Source: Candidatus Latescibacterota bacterium
GTDB taxonomy: Bacteria > Latescibacterota > UBA2968 > GCA-2709665
Direction: 5' to 3'
Assembly: GCA_965248435.1 (NCBI GenBank)
Contig: OZ252100.1
Location: 1,888,001-1,952,000 of the forward strand
DNA: 64,000 nucleotides
Part shown: positions 8,701 through 16,995 of the stretch, one piece after another
Layout of the letters: each line of letters begins with the position of its first letter
Position numbering within the stretch: the first letter of the stretch is position 1
Notes under the pieces: generated by a model
What the model saw: only the letters and a program-made list of their open reading frames with translations
What the model was told of the DNA's origin: nothing
Databases searched by the model: none
Made by a program: the position numbers and the translations under genes

Positions 8701-11508
8701 GTCCTCCTGAAAGATGTGTCTAAACATGGCCTGATTGAAAAATCGATTCGTGAAGAGAAAGGCGAGGGTCGAGGCCGACACGTAGGCGATCGCCCCTCCG
8801 TCTGCTTTGTTTACCATCTCCTCTGACAGGGATACGCGCCGCGGGTTTGCAAAGAGGCCATTCAGGCACGACATGGCGACGACCAGAGGCAGGCGCTCCT
8901 CGTTTCTGATCTGAATCATATAACTGTAGTTTCCCTGCTGGAAGGTACCTCTCAAGAAGAAAGCCATGATGGCGAAGCTTCCGTGTCCTGCGAAATTCAC
9001 GACCAGCCGCCCCTCGTTGAATTGCTCTATGACCCTCCTGGTGTCTTCATTTGGTTCAGGCGTTTCGTCTTTGTTATAGACCTTGAACGTCTCCAGGCCG
9101 AACGGCTCGGTAAAGTTTCTGGCCAGGGAGTCACTGGGACCGGTCGAAAAAATATCAGAGTTCGCCATGTAGAGAACGCGATCCCGCCACCGGGCCGCTA
9201 AGGTCTCGTCATACGCAGTCACCTTCCTCACGACGGTCTCCATATCGCGCTCATTGGATATCGAGAACCGGCCTACAAAGACATCCTGAAACTGATCTTC
9301 ACCGGCAACGGCGCCGTAGAAATGATCCGTGTATGCCACACCCCGTGTGGCGGTCTGGAACGGCAGCGCCGGTACATAATTTACGCGTCCAGATTCCGAC
9401 TCTCCAAACAGGTCCCGAAAATCGTAACTCGCTCTGCCAAGCAGGACCAGATAGACCGGACGCCTCGCCCAGGTATCGAACGCGTGTGCCACAAACAGGA
9501 GAATCGCTTCGGGGTCTATCTGTCCAAATGAGAACTCATCATAGATGTCCTCAACGTCCACGACCATCACCTCGAGTCCGTCCGTCTGTCGGTGGGCCGC
9601 CAGGGCCTCCGCACCCTCCTGGAAAAGGCTGTGAGTGACGACCACATAATCTGCACCTGACCCTTCTCCAAGAAGGTCTGAGGGGACGTCGAATCGAGCA
9701 GGATCCGGACGAAGGATGGCCGCCGAGTCTGCTGCGATGAACCGCCCACTCCTCTCACTGAGGTCGAAACGCACACGAAATCCCACACCATCCGGCTCCA
9801 CCTCTACCCCCTCCAGGACCCTGCCTCTATCCAGATCGTAAACAGACACCGAAGGTGCCCGAAAGCCTTCGATTGACAGCCCGATACCGGTCGATTCCTG
9901 CCCCAGGCTGAAAAGGAGCAAACCCCCGTCCGCCTGGAACTTTCTGGGATAGGAGATTTGGATCCAGTTCAGGAGCACATGATCCACATAGGTGTCAGGG
10001 AAGTCCGGGCTGCCCGGACCGGACAAGGTCACAAGGGTAGTCTCGGACAAGGCGATGGCCGGAATCTCTCCCGTTGCGATGAATTCCGTCTGGCCGTCCC
10101 AACGATCATCGGCGAGAACCAGACCTTCATTCACGTCGACAACGGTCCGGTGGTCAAAATCGAGCCCCTTTATCGACGTCAATCCGTGCATGCCCACCCG
10201 GACCTGACCGACAGCCCCCGCCTCCGAATTTAGCCCAGGAAGGAAAACAGGGACCGTCGTCGGAAACGCCTCAACATTTAACCCGGTAGAAGCCGACGCG
10301 GTCCGTCGCCAGTACCAGTGGTCTCGTTCCGCATCCGCGGCCAGCCCCAGAGGTTCGTAGATCGAATCGACCTCAGCGTGCTGGAGGGAGATAAACCAGG
10401 GCGATACTGTGAAACCATTTGCCGGGCTCGCGTCCATCGATTCCATTCGCCTTCCGGGCGCGCCGTCAAAGGTCAGCCAGTAAACATTTTCCCTTCCAAA
10501 ATCACTCTCGAAGTCCCGGTCGACCCTCCGTCTGAATTCTCCGTAAAAGAAAATTCCATCTCCCTCGTCCAGACCTCCGTCCTCGCCGCCCCTGACTTCC
10601 AGCGGGATCTCCTCACCGTTCAAATAGATCCGGAGCGTAGTCAGGTCGACAGCGGCAAGATCGATCTCCGAATCGGAGAACCAGTCGGCGTCCAGTCGAT
10701 AGATTCCGTCCTGTGTCACACTCAGCTTGTAATAGGCGGCCGCCGGGTCATACCAGCCGGTCTGTAGCTTGCGAAGCCCGACGGCCGAATCTGTTCGACT
10801 TCGCCAGTCCCTGGCCTCATTCGCATTCAGCAGTGCCTTCCGATAAATCGATTCGAAGGCGTCTTCGGCAACCCGAGCTCCAGGCCTGGATACCCCGAAT
10901 CTCCGCTCGGCCGAAAATCCGACCCGCACTCGAAGACGCTTCGCAACCCTCAGGATCCTACGCACAGGGTTGTAGTGCAGCGGTCGAAGGGATACCGCCG
11001 CCACACGCTGATCGCGGATGACGCCGGTCAAACCCATCTCCGCATCATCACCGGGATAGAATCGATCTTCGGCATAGAAGCGATCATCGGGCGCGTAGCG
11101 TTCCTGTATGCGCTGAAAATCCTCTCGTCCGACGAGCTGTGTTTCTGGTACCGGCATCAGGTTTACGTCAGGGACCTCCTCGTATTCCACATCAAGCACC
11201 TCCAGGGACAACTCGGTCCCGAAGGGCACACCGATCAGGACACCCCTAGCAGGGACAGCAGGACGCCCCGGCTCCGCCAACCAGACCGCCCCGGGCAGGT
11301 CGATCCGGTCAAATTCCTCTCCATCCACAACAAGGCGACTCGTCTGGTAGCCGGACCCACTGATCTCTATCACGACACCCCTCGCGTCGGAGGATAGGAC
11401 AACCGGCTCGCCACTTCCTGGACGAGCAACTGCCGCACGTGAAGATACGCCCAAGAAGAAAACAGCGAGTGATACGACCACCGGCGTGGTGCTGGAAGAG
11501 AATGTCAT
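5725..11508 (-). CDS. Large C25 (gingipain-family) cysteine peptidase, PorU-like, with propeptide, CARDB/Ig domains and C-terminal FlgD-like T9SS sorting domain
   Basis: Signal peptide; propeptide-like N-terminus (PGRPAVP..GVLIGVP); YYKLSV.QDGIYRL; DVEDIYDEFSFG; catalytic His (NFAGHGS) and Cys (AMSCLNG); LMGDP; CARDB-like (LDPGDRIEELDETNN); C-terminal NVPNP...IYTVSGRLIR...WNGRD..G..LANGVYLY. Confidence 0.88.
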   Translation of the reverse strand: MTFSSSTTPVVVSLAVFFLGVSSRAAVARPGSGEPVVLSSDARGVVIEISGSGYQTSRLVVDGEEFDRIDLPGAVWLAEPGRPAVPARGVLIGVPFGTELSLEVLDVEYEEVPDVNLMPVPETQLVGREDFQRIQERYAPDDRFYAEDRFYPGDDAEMGLTGVIRDQRVAAVSLRPLHYNPVRRILRVAKRLRVRVGFSAERRFGVSRPGARVAEDAFESIYRKALLNANEARDWRSRTDSAVGLRKLQTGWYDPAAAYYKLSVTQDGIYRLDADWFSDSEIDLAAVDLTTLRIYLNGEEIPLEVRGGEDGGLDEGDGIFFYGEFRRRVDRDFESDFGRENVYWLTFDGAPGRRMESMDASPANGFTVSPWFISLQHAEVDSIYEPLGLAADAERDHWYWRRTASASTGLNVEAFPTTVPVFLPGLNSEAGAVGQVRVGMHGLTSIKGLDFDHRTVVDVNEGLVLADDRWDGQTEFIATGEIPAIALSETTLVTLSGPGSPDFPDTYVDHVLLNWIQISYPRKFQADGGLLLFSLGQESTGIGLSIEGFRAPSVSVYDLDRGRVLEGVEVEPDGVGFRVRFDLSERSGRFIAADSAAILRPDPARFDVPSDLLGEGSGADYVVVTHSLFQEGAEALAAHRQTDGLEVMVVDVEDIYDEFSFGQIDPEAILLFVAHAFDTWARRPVYLVLLGRASYDFRDLFGESESGRVNYVPALPFQTATRGVAYTDHFYGAVAGEDQFQDVFVGRFSISNERDMETVVRKVTAYDETLAARWRDRVLYMANSDIFSTGPSDSLARNFTEPFGLETFKVYNKDETPEPNEDTRRVIEQFNEGRLVVNFAGHGSFAIMAFFLRGTFQQGNYSYMIQIRNEERLPLVVAMSCLNGLFANPRRVSLSEEMVNKADGGAIAYVSASTLAFLFTNRFFNQAMFRHIFQEDIPQFGQSLALAKIDMLTAFPGLVSSAQGMQLMGDPAQGLALLSKADYTFPDLAVNVEREEELIDGDSTRVTLRIENWGIPSQEGLDLLILDRHLGRGESDTLFAATLPPFGQKDSVTTIWRLRGLAGAHRLEVQLDPGDRIEELDETNNRLEVDLEVLGGLVGTPSTPLENQTVPASNVQLVVSLEGEAGSGDVLGEFEVSPTATFDDAGVVRSGLVASEGEGALVIWRPVGLHEGVYYWRARLTDGQDRGAWTDPQAFSVMAGDPLQRELVWRQRGPEALVLGLPEDVELYSDGSVGRVLQPPPMRVEAQSREVFFPGDGVSSTAVLCTDGRFLYLKRFNASQALYPGSDIFERIGTGFGGTVAGQNYGRLSEEPVVGISATYHSDGFIYADDGESDELVRISPETGAMDRVQVPDGLLKEDNGLVFRGHSLITSDGNLVFNVSWGVDGIPRAGWKVRVFDPDEAWRLVREFVVAPTSTGFTYLFTDGILADGRFLYLIEFGTGLTHRVRVVDAMNGAFVTEYDSDQAETDILGGQYDWVNNQVWLGQLNGPTIYRYGGLMPPDVGKLTSDPIGPAGSWGSLSFSIQGASSTGALAEVDILGEDTAGRFVSIPGWSGIQPGSAIDLGGLDPSFRRIRLQLEVSAEGIGPSPGLTEWSVRFQPLPNLHLSDLNIVPQSVEELRPITLSIEVLNRGPLNRVVGGAVAFYSGPPDQGRLIGRVAVPEETPLGESKRVSVIWQTATFGGRQIVHARVEDLLGRPSFYAQDVRATEEVEVLPSGDQEAPEVEISALDARGEVRPEDFLPQQPRFQISITDSSGIDAETVEIILKGGETVEVSDGLSSVAVRDLVEQRSSLRFVYSPSLEDDRYRLEVSATDRLGNGPVSKTLLFRVSSELRIERVLNVPNPVVEDTEFTYLLSRDSEVTIRIYTVSGRLIRVLDNLRGAVGFNQVHWNGRDGEGNRLANGVYLYTVMAEEGSDAVRVKERLIVYR

Positions 11509-11605
11509 TCTTGACCTGATCGGCCTTAAGGTGTGGGCGAAGGACCTCCTTCTCTCAAGAAGGAGACCTCGGATTCACGAGGGTCTGGAGCGAGGAGAAA
11601 AGAAA

Positions 11606-11655
11606 AGAGACAAACAAAAAACTGGCGAACAGCCATCCATCGACAGCGCGCCAGT
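11606..11655 (-). terminator. Intrinsic terminator after the epimerase gene
   Basis: Minus strand stem ACTGGCG...CGCCAGT followed by TTTTTGTTTGTCTCT. Confidence 0.55.
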
Positions 11656-11669
11656 CAGATTTCATCAAA

Positions 11670-11723
11670 CAGTCGCAGTTAGAACGAAGTTTCGGGCAGT
11701 CGCAGTTAGAACGAAGTTTCGGG
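11670..11723. repeat. Perfect 27-bp tandem duplication
   Basis: CAGTCGCAGTTAGAACGAAGTTTCGGG at 11670-11696 and again at 11697-11723. Confidence 0.95.
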
Positions 11724-11727
11724 ACTT

Positions 11728-12711
11728 TCAATTTACATTCTGTAAGGAATGCGCAATAATTCGCCTTAAGGTGGTATCAAGACTAACCTTCGGATCGTAA
11801 CCGACGGCGGATCGTATCTTTTCCAGATTCGGCACCCGGTAGTTGAGATCTTCATACCATCCTTTGGCGAAGGCTTTTTCATAGGGTACATAATCGATCA
11901 CGGAATCGCTTTCCGTAAGACCTTTGACTTTTTCCGCCAAATCCTTCACGCTGATCTCGTTTCCCTCGTTGTCCGACCCCAGATTGAAAATTTCCCCTGG
12001 TGAATCGGGGTGAGTGGCCAGGGAGATAAGCCCGTCTAACGCATCGTCGATGTCAGTAAAGCATCGCCGTTGCTCCCCATCGCCGTGTACGGAAATTGGA
12101 TGCCCCAAGAGCGACTGCTTGACGAACCGAGGCACCACGCTCCCGAAATGTCCTGTTTGCCTGGGCCCGATCACGTTGAAGAATCGCACGATCACGACCG
12201 GGAGTTTCTTCTCGCGCCAGTAAGCAAGTGCAAAATACTCGTCTACCGCCTTTGAAGTGGAATAACTCCAGCGAATGATCGTCGTTGGCCCCAGAACCCT
12301 GTCATCATCTTCCTTGAAGGGAACTCTCCCGTTCTTCTTCCCGTAAATCTCCGAAGTCGAGGCCAAAATCACCCTCGTCTTCCTCTGGTTCGCGAGCTCG
12401 AGCAAAACTTCGGTTCCTCGAATGTTGTTGATCAACGAATGCAACGGATTTTCGATGATATATTCAACGCCAACGGCAGCCGCCAGATGGTAGATAAGAT
12501 CGCATTTGTCCACGAACGGTTCCACCGTCTCACGGTCGAGCACAGTCCCGATCTTTAGATGAAAGCGCGAGTTGTCTTCCAGGTGCCTTATGTTATCGAG
12601 GCTGCCCGTCGAGAGATCGTCAATCGCGTAGATTTCATCACCATTCGCGAGGAGACGCTCGGACAGGTGCGACCCGATAAACCCTGCACCTCCGGTGATC
12701 AAAACGTTCAT
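11728..12711 (-). CDS. NAD-dependent nucleotide-sugar epimerase/dehydratase (extended SDR)
   Basis: TGGAGFIGSHL, HLAAAVGV, ASTSEIYG, YSTSK catalytic YxxxK, RFFNVIGPRQ. Confidence 0.93.
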   Translation of the reverse strand: MNVLITGGAGFIGSHLSERLLANGDEIYAIDDLSTGSLDNIRHLEDNSRFHLKIGTVLDRETVEPFVDKCDLIYHLAAAVGVEYIIENPLHSLINNIRGTEVLLELANQRKTRVILASTSEIYGKKNGRVPFKEDDDRVLGPTTIIRWSYSTSKAVDEYFALAYWREKKLPVVIVRFFNVIGPRQTGHFGSVVPRFVKQSLLGHPISVHGDGEQRRCFTDIDDALDGLISLATHPDSPGEIFNLGSDNEGNEISVKDLAEKVKGLTESDSVIDYVPYEKAFAKGWYEDLNYRVPNLEKIRSAVGYDPKVSLDTTLRRIIAHSLQNVN

Positions 12712-12738
12712 TCTTCCTTTCCCCTCCCTACAAACAGT

Positions 12739-13941
12739 CTAGATAGGTGCTCCGGCCTGTCTGCCTAGCTTGGAATGAAGGAGCTCCCGATACAAGTGAT
12801 CCAGATCGGTGACAAGACGGTTGGCTCCATAATGCTGACCGACCCGTCTGCGAACGGCATCGGGAATACGCCTTTCTTCTTTCAGGGAATCGACAATCGC
12901 CGAGGCCAAGACAACGGCGTCTCCAGGCACCACGATGAGTCCCGTTTCATCAGAATCCACCAGGTCTGTGGCCCCGCCTACGCGGCTTGACACAACATAA
13001 CAGCCCGAGGCAATGCCCTCAATCAGCGCGACAGGAAGCCCTTCGTTAAAAGAGGAAAGCACCAGCAGATCCAGCGCATCATAGATCCGCGGTGTATCCC
13101 GTCGAAATCCAGTAAAGACAACGATCTCTTCAATTCCCAACCGCCGCGCCAGTGTCTCGAGATCTGCCCGGAGCTCTCCATCCCCCACGACCACAAAGCG
13201 GACATCCTCCAGCTCGGTAGACACCCGCTTTGCCGCTTCCAGAAAGACTTCAATACCCTTGATCGGCACGAGGCGCCCGACTAAGCCGACCATTTTGCAC
13301 GATGCGTCGAACCCCAGTTCACCTCGCAGCCCACTGCCCGATCCGGTGCCGGACAGAAAGGGTTCGAGATATAGTCCTAGCGGAACGGCGTGCAGCCGAG
13401 TATGCGGTGCGATGCGATAGGCTAGCAGTTCTCTCCGCTGCTGTCCCGTGACGGTCACGACGGCGTCTGTCAAGTGCGCCAGCAGTCTCTCGACCGTGCG
13501 GATAAGCGCGCTCTTCCAGCTCGAAAAATATCGTTGAAACACGTTCCCGTGGAACGTATGCACCATCACTGGCGCGCCAGCAAGCACAGCCGCCAGTCTG
13601 CCGAGCACACCGGCTTTGGACTTATGAGTATGTACCAGGTGAGGCCGCACCTTACGAATCAGCCGATAGAGACCGACGAATGCCTTAAGATCCGCCAGGG
13701 GAGAGACCGCGCGTCCAAGTCCCGAGATCTCTTCGGCGCAGACGCCAGTCTTGGCGATCACATCCGCCATCTCCGCCTCCCCCGCCGATATGCTCCCCTT
13801 TGCCAGGACCGTCCGGTAACCCCGCTCAGACATCTCCTTGGTCAGAAGCAGTACGTGTTGGGCAGGCCCCCCGATGTTGAGCCGGTCGATCACGCGGACC
13901 ACACGAAGCGGCCCCGATTTACACTTTGGCAACGGATTCAA
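12739..13941 (-). CDS. Glycosyltransferase family 4 (GT-B)
   Basis: RLNIGGPA, HTHKSKAG.LGR, GRLVPIKG, EGLPVALIEG (EX7E). Confidence 0.92.
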   Translation of the reverse strand: MNPLPKCKSGPLRVVRVIDRLNIGGPAQHVLLLTKEMSERGYRTVLAKGSISAGEAEMADVIAKTGVCAEEISGLGRAVSPLADLKAFVGLYRLIRKVRPHLVHTHKSKAGVLGRLAAVLAGAPVMVHTFHGNVFQRYFSSWKSALIRTVERLLAHLTDAVVTVTGQQRRELLAYRIAPHTRLHAVPLGLYLEPFLSGTGSGSGLRGELGFDASCKMVGLVGRLVPIKGIEVFLEAAKRVSTELEDVRFVVVGDGELRADLETLARRLGIEEIVVFTGFRRDTPRIYDALDLLVLSSFNEGLPVALIEGIASGCYVVSSRVGGATDLVDSDETGLIVVPGDAVVLASAIVDSLKEERRIPDAVRRRVGQHYGANRLVTDLDHLYRELLHSKLGRQAGAPI

Positions 13942-14998
13942 GGATATGAAAGAACCGCGAGCGACTGGTCTTCAGAGAGTATTCCGCCTCCGTCTTCATA
14001 CGACCCGCATCCCCCATCCGCCTGCGCAGCGCAGAATCGTGGATCAGCCGCTCCAAGTGCTCCACCCACTCCGACGCTGTCGACGCAAGAAACCCGTTTA
14101 CACCCGGCTCTACAATCTCCCGATTGATTCCGACCGGACTCGCCACCACCGGGATGCCCAGGGCTTGGTACTGCAGTATCTTGTAGCCGCCCTTTCCGCG
14201 CGTCCAGGGGTCGTCCGGAAGAGGCATAAGGCCGACATCGAATTTGCTGAGGTCGACACCCTCGGTTTCGAGCGACCAATCGCGCCTGATCACCCGCAGC
14301 TCTTCGACCTCAAAAGCGTTCGCCCCGATGAGAAAAAGCCGGAGCTGCTTGTACCGGCGCCCCAATTCGACGAGAGGGCCCCGGATCAGTTCCAGATACG
14401 GTTCAGTGCTGCGACTCCCGATCCATCCCAATACTACCTCAGAACCGACATCCCGACGCGAGGGAAGATAGCGATCCGTGTCGATCGGGCCTGTGATGAC
14501 CGACACATGCTCGCAGAACTGCTTCGCATAACGCCCGGTGTATCCGTTCTCCACGATCGTGTGCTCGGCCGACCGAAGCATCTGAGACAACCCAAAGTCG
14601 CCTTGGTGGCGCCTGATCCGATCCAACCAGTTTTGTGCAGGAGCTTCGGTCGTAAAGATCGCGTCGTCAAAATCGAAGACGATCTTACCCCTGTGGCGAC
14701 GCAACAGCCACGCCAAGGGAAAAGGGAAGATAACCTTTTGAATAAAAATAACTTGATAATGTTTTGCCGCCGACAGGCATCTTAACCCGACCCGGAGGGC
14801 CCGCCAGAAACAGCATAAGAAATATGCGACGCGGACCCTCGTCACCCTGGAATGACCAAGGATCAAGAGCGCCTCGGGGACAACGACCTCCAGATCACAC
14901 ACAACCCCACGGGTCTCCAGGAACGGCAGAAACTGGAAAACCCGCGTGCGGCTGCTCGGCGCAGAAGGTCCGTAATGGGTGACGAACAGCACCCTCAC
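13919..14998 (-). CDS. Glycosyltransferase family 4
   Basis: SSRTRVFQF, FDFDDAIF, GWIGS, GKGGYKILQYQALGIPVVASPVG. Confidence 0.9.
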   Translation of the reverse strand: MRVLFVTHYGPSAPSSRTRVFQFLPFLETRGVVCDLEVVVPEALLILGHSRVTRVRVAYFLCCFWRALRVGLRCLSAAKHYQVIFIQKVIFPFPLAWLLRRHRGKIVFDFDDAIFTTEAPAQNWLDRIRRHQGDFGLSQMLRSAEHTIVENGYTGRYAKQFCEHVSVITGPIDTDRYLPSRRDVGSEVVLGWIGSRSTEPYLELIRGPLVELGRRYKQLRLFLIGANAFEVEELRVIRRDWSLETEGVDLSKFDVGLMPLPDDPWTRGKGGYKILQYQALGIPVVASPVGINREIVEPGVNGFLASTASEWVEHLERLIHDSALRRRMGDAGRMKTEAEYSLKTSRSRFFHILESVAKV

Positions 14999-15114
14999 TT
15001 CAATTCAAACCCCGTGAATATAATGAGTGACTCCTGGGAAATCAACAACAAACCCCAAGACTGTGTTAAGGTTAGGGTTACTCCACATCTTGTGTACCGG
15101 CGAAAATGATCCCG

Positions 15115-16968
15115 CTACTCCTCCGCTTCCCTTGCACAGCGAAACCCTACTGTATAATCTACCTTGGTATCTAACCAGTAGGCCTGTCGGTTAGCGGCCG
15201 TGTAAATCTTGGCCGCCTGGTCTGCCATGGAGCCGCTTCGTAACACCTTCATTCTGTCGGGATGGACTCGCGTGTTCAGGGGATTGACGTCCGGGCTGCT
15301 GCTGTAGTAGCGCCGGTCATACCAGTCTTCGACCCACTCCCACACATTGCCTGACATATCCATGATTCCGTAAGGGCTCGCACCGCTCACCTTGAGTCCA
15401 ACAGGCCACGTACTCTCCCGACCGCAGCCATCCCCGCCATCATCCATCACGATCCGCGAGCAGTCAGGATCTTCTTCTCCCCAGGGATAGCGCCTCCCAT
15501 CCGGACCGCGAGCTGCTTTTTCCCATTCGGCTTCTGTGGGAAGGCGCTTCCCTGCCCACGTGCAGTAATCGTTCGCATCGTTCCAACTCACGCAGTTGAT
15601 CGGATGGTCCCCTCGGTCGGATCGTCCCCAATTACAGTACGTGCCCTCGATGTCGTGCTGAAAGGCCTCAGTACCCTGATAAGCCTCTTCGCAGGCACCC
15701 GCATCCACGCACGCCCTGTATTGGTCGGCAGTCACCTCATACTTGTCCACGTAGAACGCATCCAGATAAACGTTGTGAATGGGGAACTCATCGCTGTCCC
15801 CTTGATTGGAGCCCATAATGAACTCGCCTTCGGGGATCTTGACCATTTCCCTTTCTACCGGGCTCGCTGCAAAGTCAGAATCCCCTTCCGCCGCCAGGGC
15901 TGCTCGGTTTTTGTCCATCCAATCCCTGAGATCACGGGTCCCATCGTCGATACCTGAGGTGCCGTCTAGCGACTCAAGAGGATTGTGACTTGATCTCACA
16001 CACCTGAATCCGATGTACGGATACCAACGTCGCGGTTTGAACCGGTATCGGTTTTTGACCTGTGAGGCAACCTGCGGGAGAGAATAGTACCAAGAATCGC
16101 CTCTAAGAACCTTATACTCTCCCGGAGTCACGTTCACAGGGTTCCGAGATGGGCTGGTGGCATAGTAGGCCCTATCGTGCCAGTCTGCAACCCATTCCCA
16201 GACATTTCCGGCCACATCCATCACGCCGTACGGGCTGGCACCGGGGGCCTTGGATCCCACCGGCCACGTGCCCTGGCGCCCACAGCCCAGGGAACCCCAC
16301 GCGAGTACGCCCACCTCACAATTTGGGCCGGTGTTGCCCCAGGGGTAGACCCTTCCATCCGTCCCTCCTGCGGCCTTTTCCCACTCCGCCTCCGTCGGCA
16401 AACGTTTTCCCCTCCAATCGCAGTACTGAAAGGCATCATCCCAGCTTACACAGTTTATCGGATGATCCCCACGGTCATCTTTGTTCCAGTTGCAGCGCTG
16501 TCCGACGGCCGGCTCCTCGCACGGTCCGGCTTCAACGCACGCCTCATAGTCTTGAACGGTCACCTCGAACTCGTCCACGTAGAATGCGTCCAGGTTGACG
16601 GAGTGTCTGGGCCCAACCTGCTGCTCGCCGTTGTCGGATCCCATCCAAAAACCTCCCTCTGGAATCAGGATCATCCGCTTCGAGATAGACCCCACTTCCG
16701 CGAACAGCCTCGTGAACATCACGAAATCGATGAAGTCCACAAGACCGCTGTTGTCCAAATCGAATCGCGATTCACTCGAACCAAACGCCAGGGCAAACAG
16801 AACGAAGTCATCAAACCCTACTTCCCCGTTGTCATCGAAGTCCACATCGGCCTGAACATTCGCCTTGAGTGCTCCGAAGCCAGACACGGTGATCAAAAGT
16901 AGGACGGCGCCCACGACAGCCGCGGAAACAGATCCCGCTCTGTTATTCCCGCTTGCCCCTCTTTTCAT
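15115..16968 (-). CDS. Exported protein with an EF-hand/dockerin-like module and two tandem FGE-sulfatase (SUMF1/CLec-fold) domains
   Basis: Signal/TM segment; DFDDNGEVGFDDF...DLDNSGLVDFIDF; two copies of F.MGS...EVT...HPINCVSW..A..YC.W.GKRLPTEAEWEKAA...GNVWEW...GFRC. Confidence 0.9.
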   Translation of the reverse strand: MKRGASGNNRAGSVSAAVVGAVLLLITVSGFGALKANVQADVDFDDNGEVGFDDFVLFALAFGSSESRFDLDNSGLVDFIDFVMFTRLFAEVGSISKRMILIPEGGFWMGSDNGEQQVGPRHSVNLDAFYVDEFEVTVQDYEACVEAGPCEEPAVGQRCNWNKDDRGDHPINCVSWDDAFQYCDWRGKRLPTEAEWEKAAGGTDGRVYPWGNTGPNCEVGVLAWGSLGCGRQGTWPVGSKAPGASPYGVMDVAGNVWEWVADWHDRAYYATSPSRNPVNVTPGEYKVLRGDSWYYSLPQVASQVKNRYRFKPRRWYPYIGFRCVRSSHNPLESLDGTSGIDDGTRDLRDWMDKNRAALAAEGDSDFAASPVEREMVKIPEGEFIMGSNQGDSDEFPIHNVYLDAFYVDKYEVTADQYRACVDAGACEEAYQGTEAFQHDIEGTYCNWGRSDRGDHPINCVSWNDANDYCTWAGKRLPTEAEWEKAARGPDGRRYPWGEEDPDCSRIVMDDGGDGCGRESTWPVGLKVSGASPYGIMDMSGNVWEWVEDWYDRRYYSSSPDVNPLNTRVHPDRMKVLRSGSMADQAAKIYTAANRQAYWLDTKVDYTVGFRCAREAEE

Positions 16969-16995
16969 CTTGCCCTCTCATCATTCAGCGCCCTT

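Noticed and set aside
11670-11723. 27-bp repeat as a CRISPR array
   Set aside because: Only two abutting units, no spacer, no cas genes.
15115-16968. FGE/CLec domains as targets of a diversity-generating retroelement
   Set aside because: No reverse transcriptase or template repeat is seen in the window. The two C-terminal segments differ at all base types, not only at adenines. A remote DGR cannot be excluded.
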